Origin: an uncultured Parachlamydiaceae bacterium
GTDB taxonomy: Bacteria; Chlamydiota; Chlamydiia; Chlamydiales; Parachlamydiaceae
Direction of reading: 5' to 3'
Assembly: GCA_963742415.1 (NCBI GenBank)
Contig: CAVULX010000003.1
Span: 832,001-896,000, forward strand
DNA length: 64,000 bases
Shown here: positions 32,811-42,060 of the stretch, in pieces
How positions within the stretch are numbered: the stretch's first letter is position 1
Layout: every line of letters begins with the position of its first letter
Made by a program: the position numbers and the translations under genes
The notes under the pieces: generated by a model
Seen by the model: the letters and a program-made list of their open reading frames with translations, nothing else
What the model was told of the DNA's origin: nothing
The model's database searches: none

Positions 32811-33467
32811 ATGTGCTTTTCAGCCCAGGCGAGTTTTGCAGGAGCGGCTTTACTTGGAATCACCGGATTGGCCACTTTCCGCTATGTGAAATCAAAGGCG
32901 CAAATTCCCTTGGCCTTGGTGCCCTGCTTTTTTGCCATGCAGCAGCTTACAGAGGGGCTTCTTTGGTTAACATTAGGGGCAGAACGGCCCAATCCGGATT
33001 TGCAGAGTTTCTTGGTTTATTCTTATCTATTTTTTGCTATTTTTTTCTGGCCGATATGGTTTCCGTTTTCACTCTATTATTTAGAAGATCAACCTGTTAG
33101 AAAAAAAATATTATTTGGAATTTTTTCAGTCGGTGTGGTTCTTGGTCTATTCAATTTGTTCTATTCGATGAATCAACACATTGGTGTGGTCGCTATTGAA
33201 CATAGCCTCCATTATACCGGAAAATTACCGGATATAGTCACGTGGCTGTATGTGGCCACCGTATTGACTCCTTGTTTCCTCTCTTCATTTAAAAATATAT
33301 GGCAATTAGGATTGTTGATTTGTGCCACATTTTCAATAGCGATGTACTTTTATGAGGCTACTTTTGTCTCGGTTTGGTGTTTTTTTGGTGCTATCGTCAG
33401 TGTCTACATGTTCAAAATCTTTCGAGACAATGCCTCTATTTCTGATAGGTATTCCTCTCCAAGCTAA
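32811..33467 (+). CDS. Multi-pass membrane protein (DUF6629-like)
   Basis: MCFSAQASF start, QQLTEG, SVWCFF motifs; about 7 TM segments. Confidence 0.75.
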   Translation: MCFSAQASFAGAALLGITGLATFRYVKSKAQIPLALVPCFFAMQQLTEGLLWLTLGAERPNPDLQSFLVYSYLFFAIFFWPIWFPFSLYYLEDQPVRKKILFGIFSVGVVLGLFNLFYSMNQHIGVVAIEHSLHYTGKLPDIVTWLYVATVLTPCFLSSFKNIWQLGLLICATFSIAMYFYEATFVSVWCFFGAIVSVYMFKIFRDNASISDRYSSPS

Positions 33468-34239
33468 AAAATCGTGAGAAGTCAACTTGATCTTTCAATA
33501 GTTGGGGGAAATCCAAAGCTGTCTTTTCTTTCAACCAAGCTGTATTTTTTGTGAGGTCTTCTAACGTCATGGTAGAGTTGGAATAGGGAAAGTTCATCCA
33601 GACGATGTTAGGGGATTCTGAATTGGGCAAAGCAAAAAAAGGTTGTTGAAGAGAGGATTTCATATTTTCGATTATACTCAGTAATTTGCCTTGAGGCCCA
33701 TGCTTCCACGTATTTAAGATAATGAGGCCATTTTCGCTAAGTGCAGAGCGGCATCGGGAAAAAAATTCGGAATGCCCTACCACAGGGGAATTTTGGTCTC
33801 CCAGAAATAAGTCCACAAAAAGAAGGTCATAAGCTGAACGGGAGGACGTTTGTAAAAATTGGAGAGCATCTGAGCAATGGATGTTGAGGCGGAGATCTCT
33901 AGGGATAGAAAAGTGGCGGTATCCCGCATCGATGACAAGGGGGCTCCATTCAACCGCATCGATGCGGCAGGAGGGGAAATGTTTCCATAGGAACTTTTGT
34001 TTTGCTCCTCCGCCGAGTCCTAGAAAAAGAACTTTATGTGGTTCCGGGTTGAACAACAAGGAAAGCATCATGACTTTGCAATATTCCATTTCTAGATCAA
34101 AAGGATCCGCAAGGTACATTGAGCTTTGTTGTATGGGCGTTCCGAAATGGAGGCACCGGATGAAAGGATAATCGACGACTTCTACGACTCCCCGCTCATC
34201 CTCCCCTGTAAAAATTAATTTTCCACCATATTTTTCCAT
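33436..34239 (-). CDS. Spermidine-synthase-like SAM-dependent methyltransferase
   Basis: LHFGTPIQQS, LGLGGG, DAVE, DA, YDLLFVDLF. Confidence 0.8.
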   Translation of the reverse strand: MEKYGGKLIFTGEDERGVVEVVDYPFIRCLHFGTPIQQSSMYLADPFDLEMEYCKVMMLSLLFNPEPHKVLFLGLGGGAKQKFLWKHFPSCRIDAVEWSPLVIDAGYRHFSIPRDLRLNIHCSDALQFLQTSSRSAYDLLFVDLFLGDQNSPVVGHSEFFSRCRSALSENGLIILNTWKHGPQGKLLSIIENMKSSLQQPFFALPNSESPNIVWMNFPYSNSTMTLEDLTKNTAWLKEKTALDFPQLLKDQVDFSRFFSLERNTYQK

Positions 34240-34313
34240 AGATGTTTACAGATTATAATCGGGAACATCATTTTTACTATAGACAATTTCCATGGAAAAA
34301 TGGTTTCAGAAAC

Positions 34314-36038
34314 TTATTGTTTGATATATTGTTCCTGTTTCAGATAGTCCACGATATAGTTGATCGCGTCGTCAATCTCGACTTGCGAGGCATCGATTCT
34401 GATATCAGGATGCAGAGGTTCTTCATAGATATCATCGACACCCGACATCCCTTTTAATTTTCCTTGTTTGGCTTGTGTATACAGACCTTTGGTGTCCCTG
34501 CGCTCACACTCTTTCAGGGGAGTTGATACATAAATTTCGATGTAACCTCCCCGCTCACTTATTAAGTCTCTATTATAGGCGCGGTCTTTTTCATAAGGCC
34601 CGATGAACGCGCAAATAGCAATGCCATGGTTTTTGGTGATTTCTGAGGCAACAAATCCCACCCGCCGCGCATTAATGGAGCGATGCTCTTTAGAAAATCC
34701 CAATTCAGATGACAAATGGGTGCGAATGATATCGCCATCAAGAATAGTGACCGGCCTTTCTTGAATTTCCATCAATTTAATGGCTAAGGCATTTGCTAGG
34801 GTAGACTTTCCTGCTCCAGACAATCCTGTAAAAAGCAAAGTGAATCCCTGCTTTTCTTTAGGAGGGTATACTTTTTGCAGCTCTTCAATCACTTCGGGAA
34901 AAGAAAACCAGGGTGGGATCTCTTTTCCTTCATGCAGCATCTTGCGCAGTTTTGTACCCGAGATCATGAGCTTTGTTTTTCCCGGAGCTACTAGATCGAC
35001 CTGCTGATAGTTATCATCTTCCTTGACGTAAACCATCTCAGTAAAAGGGATAATTTCGATGCCGATTTCTGAAGAATACTCTCTAGCTAATTTTTGGGCG
35101 GCATAAGGATCATAGAAAGGGCGCCCCTGGCTATCTTCTCCTGGACCAGCGTGATCCCTGCCCACAATAAAGTGGGTGCATCCGTAATTTTTTCGAATGA
35201 TGGCATGCCATAAGGCTTCCCTTGGTCCCGCCATTCTCATGGCAATGGGGAGCAAGCTCAAGGTGACGCTCCCTTTAGGAAAATATTTTAAAAGCTTTTG
35301 ATAACATTTGACCCGGGTAAAGTAGTCGACATCACCAGGCTTTGTCATTCCCACAGCCGGCTGAAGTAAAAGATGTCCTTCAATTTGTTCTGAGGCTCTT
35401 TTAGTTAATTCGACATGCGCCCGATGCATCGGATTTCTTGTCTGGAAGGCGACTACTCTTTTTACTCCAAGAACTTCAAAATGGGCTTTCAATTCTTCTG
35501 GTGTTTTTCTTAGAGCGATGAAATCATAGTGTTTCGGTTTTTTTATTTGTTGAACTTTCCCTGCGACATAGTATTCCCCTGTTGAGTTGAAGAGATAGGC
35601 AACGCCTGGATGTTCTGCATTCAAAGTGCCGTAGACTTTTTCAGCTTCTATCGATTTATTTGGCTTCCAAATTTCCGCTACTGTCAATAATGCGACTGAG
35701 AACCCCTCAGGTTCTTTCAGAATGATCTGTTGAGCTCCGGACAGCCTTTCCAGATCTTTTTCTTTGATATCTAAAACGATAGGAATGGGCCATATTTGTC
35801 CATCGGCTAAACGCATTTCCTGGACTACCCTATCGTAGTCTTTGCTATTCATATACCCTTCCAAAGGGTGGAATCCACCATTGAGCAACAATTCTAAATC
35901 GCATAGCTGCCGCTGTGTAAGAACGATCGAAGGGGCATCGGAGGGAATGGCAATGGTTCCCTGCATTCTTAGGGGGAGAGTTAAAAAAATAATGAGTAAA
36001 AGGGAAAAAGTCGATAATTGGCGCGACACGCTTTTCAT
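34314..36038 (-). CDS. sat: Bifunctional sulfate adenylyltransferase / adenylylsulfate kinase with hydrophobic N-terminal extension
   Basis: FQTRNPMHRAH, GPREALWHA, GRDHAG, then TGLSGAGKST, LDGD, RDTKGLY; ATG 36038 has GGAG RBS. Confidence 0.93.
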   Translation of the reverse strand: MKSVSRQLSTFSLLLIIFLTLPLRMQGTIAIPSDAPSIVLTQRQLCDLELLLNGGFHPLEGYMNSKDYDRVVQEMRLADGQIWPIPIVLDIKEKDLERLSGAQQIILKEPEGFSVALLTVAEIWKPNKSIEAEKVYGTLNAEHPGVAYLFNSTGEYYVAGKVQQIKKPKHYDFIALRKTPEELKAHFEVLGVKRVVAFQTRNPMHRAHVELTKRASEQIEGHLLLQPAVGMTKPGDVDYFTRVKCYQKLLKYFPKGSVTLSLLPIAMRMAGPREALWHAIIRKNYGCTHFIVGRDHAGPGEDSQGRPFYDPYAAQKLAREYSSEIGIEIIPFTEMVYVKEDDNYQQVDLVAPGKTKLMISGTKLRKMLHEGKEIPPWFSFPEVIEELQKVYPPKEKQGFTLLFTGLSGAGKSTLANALAIKLMEIQERPVTILDGDIIRTHLSSELGFSKEHRSINARRVGFVASEITKNHGIAICAFIGPYEKDRAYNRDLISERGGYIEIYVSTPLKECERRDTKGLYTQAKQGKLKGMSGVDDIYEEPLHPDIRIDASQVEIDDAINYIVDYLKQEQYIKQ

Positions 36039-36051
36039 AAAAATTTCTCCA

Positions 36052-37272
36052 CTACAATAAAGAAGCTGGATTGCTGATAAGATGACTATAAAAATGGGAA
36101 ATTGCGGCTGCAGCATTTCCATCAATCACGCGATGATCAAAACTCCAAGAAAAATGCATGAGATTCCCGATGGCGATGGCATCTTGCTTTACGATCGGCT
36201 GTTTTTGAATTTTAGCAACAGCCAAAATAGCGACCTCGGGATAATTTATGATCGGGGTCGCCCATAATCCATTACTTTCGGAAACGCCAAAATTGCTGAT
36301 GGTCACCGTCCCTTCTTTCATATCAGCAGGTTGAAGCTTACCATGTATAGCTTTTTGTTTTAAAGCTTCGTATGCCTTGACAATCGATTCTAAATTCATG
36401 GTCTGTACATCTTTTAAAACAGGGACGATAAGCCCTTGTTCTGTCGCCATAGCGACGCCGATATTATGCTTTTTATGGAGAATCACTTTAGTCCGGGCTT
36501 GATTCAAAGAACTATTGATGAGGGGGAACTGGATGATTGTCAAAGATAAAGCGCGGATTAAAAACGGCATGAAAGTTAATTTCAGGGATTTTTCTGAAGC
36601 TTTGTCTTTCAGTTTTTCACGTAGTAGGATAAGCCTGCTGGCGTCAACCTCCTCAAAATAGGAAAAAGGGGGGATCTGTTGATGGGAAATTTCCATTTTT
36701 TTAACCATCAAATGGCGAACTCCCACAAGGGGGACCTCTTCATCCTCAGAAGGGGCAGAAGAGGGGGCAACAGATTGTTTCTCAGAGAACTTTTTCAGGT
36801 CTTCTTCGGTGACCCTCCCTTGTTTTCCTGTTCCTTTAACTTTTGCAATATCGATCCCTAATTCTTTTGCCAGATGGCGCACATGGGGAGTTGCTTGGAC
36901 CTCTCCTTCTTCCATTTGTGCTGGGGAAAGGGATGATGGAAGCGGCGGGGTCTGTTTCTGTTTTCTTTCACGCAAAGGTGGGGCTTCTAAGTCCTGTGCA
37001 GGTGCATTTGACTTTTCAATAGATCCGACTTCCAATTCAATGTCATACAAGGGCTTGTCCCGGATGGCGGTTTCACCGGCCTGATAGTAATGTTTCACAA
37101 TTTTCCCAGGATGGGGCGAAGGCAATTCTACAGTTGCTTTATCGGTCATCAACACAACAACGGGTTCGTCTTGGGCGACGAATTCATCGATTTTCTTCAA
37201 CCATTCGATGACTTCCCCTTCAACAACTCCTTCGCCAATATCGGGCATTTTCACTGTGTAAATTTTATCCAT
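36052..37272 (-). CDS. 2-oxoacid dehydrogenase E2 dihydrolipoamide acyltransferase (branched-chain type)
   Basis: Lipoyl TDKA, E3-binding ATPHVRHLA...GTGKQGRV, DHRVIDG. Confidence 0.93.
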   Translation of the reverse strand: MDKIYTVKMPDIGEGVVEGEVIEWLKKIDEFVAQDEPVVVLMTDKATVELPSPHPGKIVKHYYQAGETAIRDKPLYDIELEVGSIEKSNAPAQDLEAPPLRERKQKQTPPLPSSLSPAQMEEGEVQATPHVRHLAKELGIDIAKVKGTGKQGRVTEEDLKKFSEKQSVAPSSAPSEDEEVPLVGVRHLMVKKMEISHQQIPPFSYFEEVDASRLILLREKLKDKASEKSLKLTFMPFLIRALSLTIIQFPLINSSLNQARTKVILHKKHNIGVAMATEQGLIVPVLKDVQTMNLESIVKAYEALKQKAIHGKLQPADMKEGTVTISNFGVSESNGLWATPIINYPEVAILAVAKIQKQPIVKQDAIAIGNLMHFSWSFDHRVIDGNAAAAISHFYSHLISNPASLL

Positions 37273-37282
37273 GACCTTCCCG

Positions 37283-38260
37283 TCAAAAATTCATGACTTC
37301 CCGAACACAATAAACAACTTTTTGAGCTTCCGGTAAATATTCTTTTTCCAACGTATGGGGAAAAGGAGTATCTAATCCGCAGCAACGCTTTATAGGGGCT
37401 TTGAGGAATAAAAAACATTTTTCGGCGAGCTGTGCAGTTATCTCGGCTCCAAAACCTTGCGTTAAGGGGGCTTCGTGGGATATAACACAGCGTCCCGTCT
37501 TTTGAACAGATAATACCATTGTATTGACATCTAAAGGGTTTAATGAACGGAGATTCAACACTTCGACATCAAGCCCCTCTTTTTCATTCAGCTCCTTTGC
37601 CGCAGCCATATTTTGATGGTGTTGGGCTCCCCACCCGATTAAGGTTAGATCTTTACCTTCTCGTGCCACTTGAGCCTGCCCAAAGGGGATGGTATACATC
37701 TCCTCAGGGACTTCTTCCTTTACTGACCGATAAATTCGCTTCGGTTCCAAAAATAAAACAGGATCTTGCGCTTGCAAGGCCGATATCAACAACCCTTTGG
37801 CTTCGTAGGGGCCTGAAGGGACAATCAAGCACAATCCTGGGATATGCAAAAATAAAGCTTCAGGAGATTGGGAATGATAGTGCCCTCCATGGATTCCCCC
37901 TCCATAAGGTGTACGGATCACTAAAGGGGTGGGATACTGATTTCCCGTTCGATAACGCATCTTGGCGAGTTCATTGACGATTTGATCGTAACCAGGGAAG
38001 ATATAATCGGCAAATTGAATCTCGCAGACCGGCTTTAACCCCTTTTGTGCCATGCCGATTCCAAAGCCGATAATGCCTGCTTCTGAGAGCGGAGTGTCGA
38101 AGCACCGGTGCTCCCCAAAAGCTTTTTGCAGTCCAGAAGTGACCCTAAAAACGCCCCCAAAGGCTCCAGCATCTTCCCCAAACGTGACAAGCCGGCTATC
38201 TTGCGCAAAGGCTTGATGCAAGGCTTGATTTAGGGCTTGAATCATGTTAAGTTGCGGCAT
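37283..38260 (-). CDS. Branched-chain 2-oxoacid dehydrogenase E1 beta subunit
   Basis: GEDAGAFGGVFR, DTPLSE, EIQFADY, GGHYHSQSPE. Confidence 0.93.
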   Translation of the reverse strand: MPQLNMIQALNQALHQAFAQDSRLVTFGEDAGAFGGVFRVTSGLQKAFGEHRCFDTPLSEAGIIGFGIGMAQKGLKPVCEIQFADYIFPGYDQIVNELAKMRYRTGNQYPTPLVIRTPYGGGIHGGHYHSQSPEALFLHIPGLCLIVPSGPYEAKGLLISALQAQDPVLFLEPKRIYRSVKEEVPEEMYTIPFGQAQVAREGKDLTLIGWGAQHHQNMAAAKELNEKEGLDVEVLNLRSLNPLDVNTMVLSVQKTGRCVISHEAPLTQGFGAEITAQLAEKCFLFLKAPIKRCCGLDTPFPHTLEKEYLPEAQKVVYCVREVMNF

Positions 38261-39368
38261 GACCTTTTTCCTTTTTCAAAGCAGCTTCGAGTTCTTCGTA
38301 TTGCCTTTCTAAGGGAGGGGGGACCTCGAAGTACACATGTTCAATGATGCTTCTCAATGGAGGAGGCGGGGTTTCCCGGGCTTCGTTGATGGCCGTATTA
38401 ATCTCTTGCAACTGCTTTTCATGCATCTGCTTTTCTTTTTCTTCGTTCCAAAGTTCTTTTCCTTCTAAATAGGTTCTCAATCGTTTGATAGGACATTTTT
38501 TCCACCATTCGGAAACTTCCTCTTCAGTGCGATACAAAGTGGGATCATCCGATGTTGAATGGGCTCCCAGGCGATAGGTCATTGCTTCGATCAGGACCGG
38601 CCCTTTGTTTTCCAGGGCATGCCTCTTCGCTAAAGTTACAGCCTCATGCACCGCAAAAAAATCGTTTCCATCAACTTTCATTGCGGCGATTCCATATCCG
38701 ACCCCTTTTGGGGCAATCCCATCTGATGCGAACTGTTTATGGGCTGGAGTCGAAATCGCATAACCGTTGTTTCGGCAAAAGAAAATGACAGGAGCTTTTT
38801 TAACCGCCGCAAAATTTAACCCCACATGGAAATCCCCTTCCGATGTGGCTCCTTCGCCGAAGTAGCAGACAGCGACAGCCTTTTCATTTTGCAAACACAT
38901 AGCATAAGCACATCCCGCGGCATGGGGAATTTGAGTTGCAATAGGGGAAGAAACAGGGACGACGTTGTGCTCCCGGGATCCAAAGTGATTAGGCATTTGA
39001 CGTCCTAAAATGAGGTCTTTGCTATTTCCAAACATATGGTGGATATATTGAGCAACAGGAAAGCCGCGCCAGAACATGATTCCTGCCTCACGATATTGAG
39101 GATAAAGCCAGTCTTGGAGGTCTAGAGCTGCGGCGCTGGCGACAGAACAGGCTTCTTCACCTAGTGAGCTGAGCGCAAAAGAGATAGTCCCTTGCCTTTG
39201 CAGGGTGATCATCTTCTCATCCACCAGACGGGTTAATGACATCGTCTGGTATCCCTGAATCAGAATTTTTTCGTCGATATAATGTTTGCAAGCAGGAGAT
39301 AATTCCCCATTTTCATTCAAGTAAGAGAGGGTTGAGAAATGGGTTCGGTGTTGTGATAATAAACCCAT
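38247..39368 (-). CDS. Branched-chain 2-oxoacid dehydrogenase E1 alpha subunit
   Basis: QRQG, QYRE, GRQMPNH, GEGATSEG, NNGYAIST, YRLGAHSTSDD. Confidence 0.93.
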   Translation of the reverse strand: MGLLSQHRTHFSTLSYLNENGELSPACKHYIDEKILIQGYQTMSLTRLVDEKMITLQRQGTISFALSSLGEEACSVASAAALDLQDWLYPQYREAGIMFWRGFPVAQYIHHMFGNSKDLILGRQMPNHFGSREHNVVPVSSPIATQIPHAAGCAYAMCLQNEKAVAVCYFGEGATSEGDFHVGLNFAAVKKAPVIFFCRNNGYAISTPAHKQFASDGIAPKGVGYGIAAMKVDGNDFFAVHEAVTLAKRHALENKGPVLIEAMTYRLGAHSTSDDPTLYRTEEEVSEWWKKCPIKRLRTYLEGKELWNEEKEKQMHEKQLQEINTAINEARETPPPPLRSIIEHVYFEVPPPLERQYEELEAALKKEKGHAAT

Positions 39369-39522
39369 TATGAAGGTCTCCAATTAGCTTATATAAATAT
39401 CAATTAAATAATAGAGAAAGGGTAAAATGTCAAATTGGGTGTTATAAAAATTTATATATAGACTTTTAAAAATGATTTTTATTAATCTGAATTTTTGATT
39501 ATGACTCGGGGTTTAATTGGTA

Positions 39523-39939
39523 ATGTTTACAGCAAAAAATAAAGTGCGCATGCACGATACAGACATGGCGGGCATTCTCTATTTCCCAAGGCAATTCCGC
39601 TTTGCACATGATGCCCTTGAAGATTTTGTAGCCAGTGAAGGAATAGACTTTGATCAGGTTTTTCGCAAAGAAGACTTTGTCTTCGTCATCGTCCATTGCG
39701 AGGCAGACTATTATTCCCCCTTGCGTGTCGGAGATGAGATAACGGTGCAGGTCAGTGTGGAAAGAATAGGATCTTCTTCATTTACAATGCTTTATGAAAT
39801 TTATAAAAAAGACCATACCCACGTGGGAACAGCCAAAACGATCCATGTGACCTTAGAGCGAGTTTCCCGCGAGAAGATCGCAATTCCCGAAAAATTGCGC
39901 AAGCGCCTTGAAAAGCACCTGGTCGAAGAAACAGTCTAA
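39523..39939 (+). CDS. Acyl-CoA thioesterase (4HBT/hotdog family)
   Basis: VRMHDTDMAGILYF motif. Confidence 0.85.
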   Translation: MFTAKNKVRMHDTDMAGILYFPRQFRFAHDALEDFVASEGIDFDQVFRKEDFVFVIVHCEADYYSPLRVGDEITVQVSVERIGSSSFTMLYEIYKKDHTHVGTAKTIHVTLERVSREKIAIPEKLRKRLEKHLVEETV

Positions 39940-39941
39940 AA

Positions 39942-40105
39942 TAGACTTCTTTCGAAATTCGCTTTGATTAGAAAAATGAGCTATTTTTGAGCAGATTTTT
40001 TGAAAAATTTTGAGAGCATATGAGTGCATATGGTCGAAAAATTTTACGAAAAAGATGCTAAAAAGGGCCATTTTAATAATCAAATGGAATTTCGAAAGAA
40101 GTCTA
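39942..40105. mobile_element. 164-bp palindromic MITE-like element with TA-ended 19-bp terminal inverted repeats
   Basis: TAGACTTCTTTCGAAATTC (39942-39960) / GAATTTCGAAAGAAGTCTA (40087-40105); interior continues as an imperfect palindrome centred on CATATG-AGTG-CATATG. Confidence 0.8.
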
Positions 40106-40111
40106 ATACAT

Positions 40112-40876
40112 TTACCAGACGGGCTTCCGCTTCTCTATAAATGCATTGATCCCTTCTAAGGCTTCTTGAGAATGCCTGGCTTGGTGATGATAGGGAAGGG
40201 CTTTGATAAAAGCTTGTTCGAGCTGCAGCGGATCTAGTTCGTGTAAAAGGCGCTTGGTCGCCCGAATCGCTTCCGGAGCTCCTAGTAAAACTTTTTGCGC
40301 CAGTCGATAGGCCTCGGATAGGAGATCAGCCTTGGAGACGATTTGATAGACGAGGCCGATCTCATGGGCACGTTCGGCGCTGATGAGCTCTCCAAGCAAA
40401 AGAAGCTCTCGCAAATGGTGTCGAGCCAGCTCCCTCTTTAATATGACAGCCACTTGAGCCGCTACTAATCCCCGGTGGACCTCTGGAAAGCCGCACATAA
40501 GTTCAGGGGAGGCAATGACAAAGTCAAAGGCTGCCATTAGTCCTGCCCCACCTGCAATGGCAGCCCCATGGACAGCTCCAATGGTCACTTGGGGTGCTGT
40601 GCTGATCGACAATAACGTTTTTTGAAAAAGCAATGCAGAATCCTCTTCAACTTCAGCATTAGTCGCTTCTTGTAAGTCGAGTCCCGCGCAAAACACAGCT
40701 CCTTCACCATGGACAATGATGACACGGATAGAGGGCTGCTGCTTCACATTCTCCATGACCGCGCAAAATTCATTCATCAAATCGATATTAAGAGCATTCC
40801 GCTTTTCGGGGCGGTTCAATTTTACGACGAGAACTTCAGGATCTTCATTGGAGGCAATAACTAAAGAATTTGGCAT
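40112..40876 (-). CDS. Enoyl-CoA hydratase/isomerase (methylglutaconyl-CoA hydratase-like)
   Basis: LNRPEKRNAL, FCAGLDL, VHGAAIAGG, PEVHRGL, EGINAFIEKRKP. Confidence 0.88.
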   Translation of the reverse strand: MPNSLVIASNEDPEVLVVKLNRPEKRNALNIDLMNEFCAVMENVKQQPSIRVIIVHGEGAVFCAGLDLQEATNAEVEEDSALLFQKTLLSISTAPQVTIGAVHGAAIAGGAGLMAAFDFVIASPELMCGFPEVHRGLVAAQVAVILKRELARHHLRELLLLGELISAERAHEIGLVYQIVSKADLLSEAYRLAQKVLLGAPEAIRATKRLLHELDPLQLEQAFIKALPYHHQARHSQEALEGINAFIEKRKPVW

Positions 40877-40886
40877 GATTGCGCTC

Positions 40887-41267
40887 CTAGTTTTTTTTAT
40901 CGAGGGGATCGATCATCTCTTTGATTTTTTCCTGCGGCGCCCAAATTTTCATTTCCAGAAGAGCTTGTCCGAGTGCTTTTCCTTGGGAATCAAAGCGTAA
41001 AGATTGGCTTCCTCCCCCTGCAAGGACTCCATTGAGAACGAAATTGAAAGCCAATAAATGGGGCATTTCATAGCGGCGTGTAGAAATGACTCCAAGCGGC
41101 TTAAAAAAGGTATCTACAATTTCGGCTGTTAGGTTTTCTTTTAAAAAAGTATAGCCTGCTTCTGTGTAGGCTATGACGCCTATATTTGCGTTGGATCCCT
41201 TGTCGCCGCTGCGGGCAAAAGCGATCTGTTTAAGAGTTATCTCGATCTTTTCTAATGTATTTGTCAT
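40887..41267 (-). CDS. AtuA-related small ferredoxin-fold protein
   Basis: IAFARSGDKGSNANIGV...NFVL...LAGGG..SLRFDSQGK. Confidence 0.85.
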   Translation of the reverse strand: MTNTLEKIEITLKQIAFARSGDKGSNANIGVIAYTEAGYTFLKENLTAEIVDTFFKPLGVISTRRYEMPHLLAFNFVLNGVLAGGGSQSLRFDSQGKALGQALLEMKIWAPQEKIKEMIDPLDKKN

Positions 41268-41496
41268 TAATTCATGAAAATGTGCTTATTTTTACTTATA
41301 GACTTTTAATTTATTGATATAGTCTCATATTACAATAAAAATATTTTTATAGGTAGTGATTATGGTGAATATTTTGAGTGTTATAGCTACGTGAGAGCCA
41401 GCTGTTTATTATGCTTCCGAGGAGGCCGCGGGAGCGGCCTTTAGTGGGGAGCCCCGCGTGTAACGAGCGATAGCGAGTGGAACGTGGGGTTCCTGT

Positions 41497-41536
41497 GTTA
41501 TTAATAACCTAGCTGCGGAAGCAGCGACAGATTTAA
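41497..41536 (+). repeat. Left 40-bp direct repeat of the Rhs island
   Basis: GTTATTAATAACCTAGCTGCGGAAGCAGCGACAGATTTAA vs 49678-49717, 4 mismatches; preceded by REP-like hairpins at 41423-41492. Confidence 0.75.
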
Positions 41537-41708
41537 CGATCACTGACCCCGATCACAGGCCTGACCCCGATCATTGTTTCCCAATAATAACTTACTTGTT
41601 TAGGGCGGAACATTGTTTTTGTTTGTTTGGAAAAAAAAATGAGAATTTGCAGACTTTTTGTTTAGATCTAAAATTTATTTTAGATAATTACTTTCCATTT
41701 AGGTTATA

Positions 41709-42056
41709 TTAAAACATCTTTCTTAAGATAGAATCAATACTTTGAATGGTATCTAAATATTCATAACAATTTTTAGCGATTGTTAAATCTTCTTGTTTCT
41801 TCAAGTGTGGTTGAATCTCATTAAGCTTCTTTCGAAATTGAACAAGATCGAACAAGTCTTTCTTTGAAATTTTTTCGCCTTCAGAAATCGAAAGCGATAA
41901 ACCTGCATAATAAGCATCAATTTCTATAAGCTCTTCTATCCAATTAGAAAGATCATTAATATACGAAAACTTAGGAAACTGTAGTCCTTTTAACTTCTCA
42001 TGCAAACTTTTCAACTTTCTTTTTTCTTCATCAAATTTCATCATTGAGCCTAACAT
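41709..42056 (-). CDS. Putative immunity protein for the orphan Rhs toxin CT2
   Basis: Small AT-rich ORF starting 4 nt after the toxin stop. Confidence 0.65.
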   Translation of the reverse strand: MLGSMMKFDEEKRKLKSLHEKLKGLQFPKFSYINDLSNWIEELIEIDAYYAGLSLSISEGEKISKKDLFDLVQFRKKLNEIQPHLKKQEDLTIAKNCYEYLDTIQSIDSILRKMF

Positions 42057-42060
42057 AGTT

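Noticed and set aside
39853..40083. 76-aa ORF
   Set aside because: Runs through the palindromic MITE and overlaps the thioesterase antisense
41543..41573. CTGACCCCGATCA repeated twice
   Set aside because: Too short and only two copies; probably another REP remnant, function not supportable
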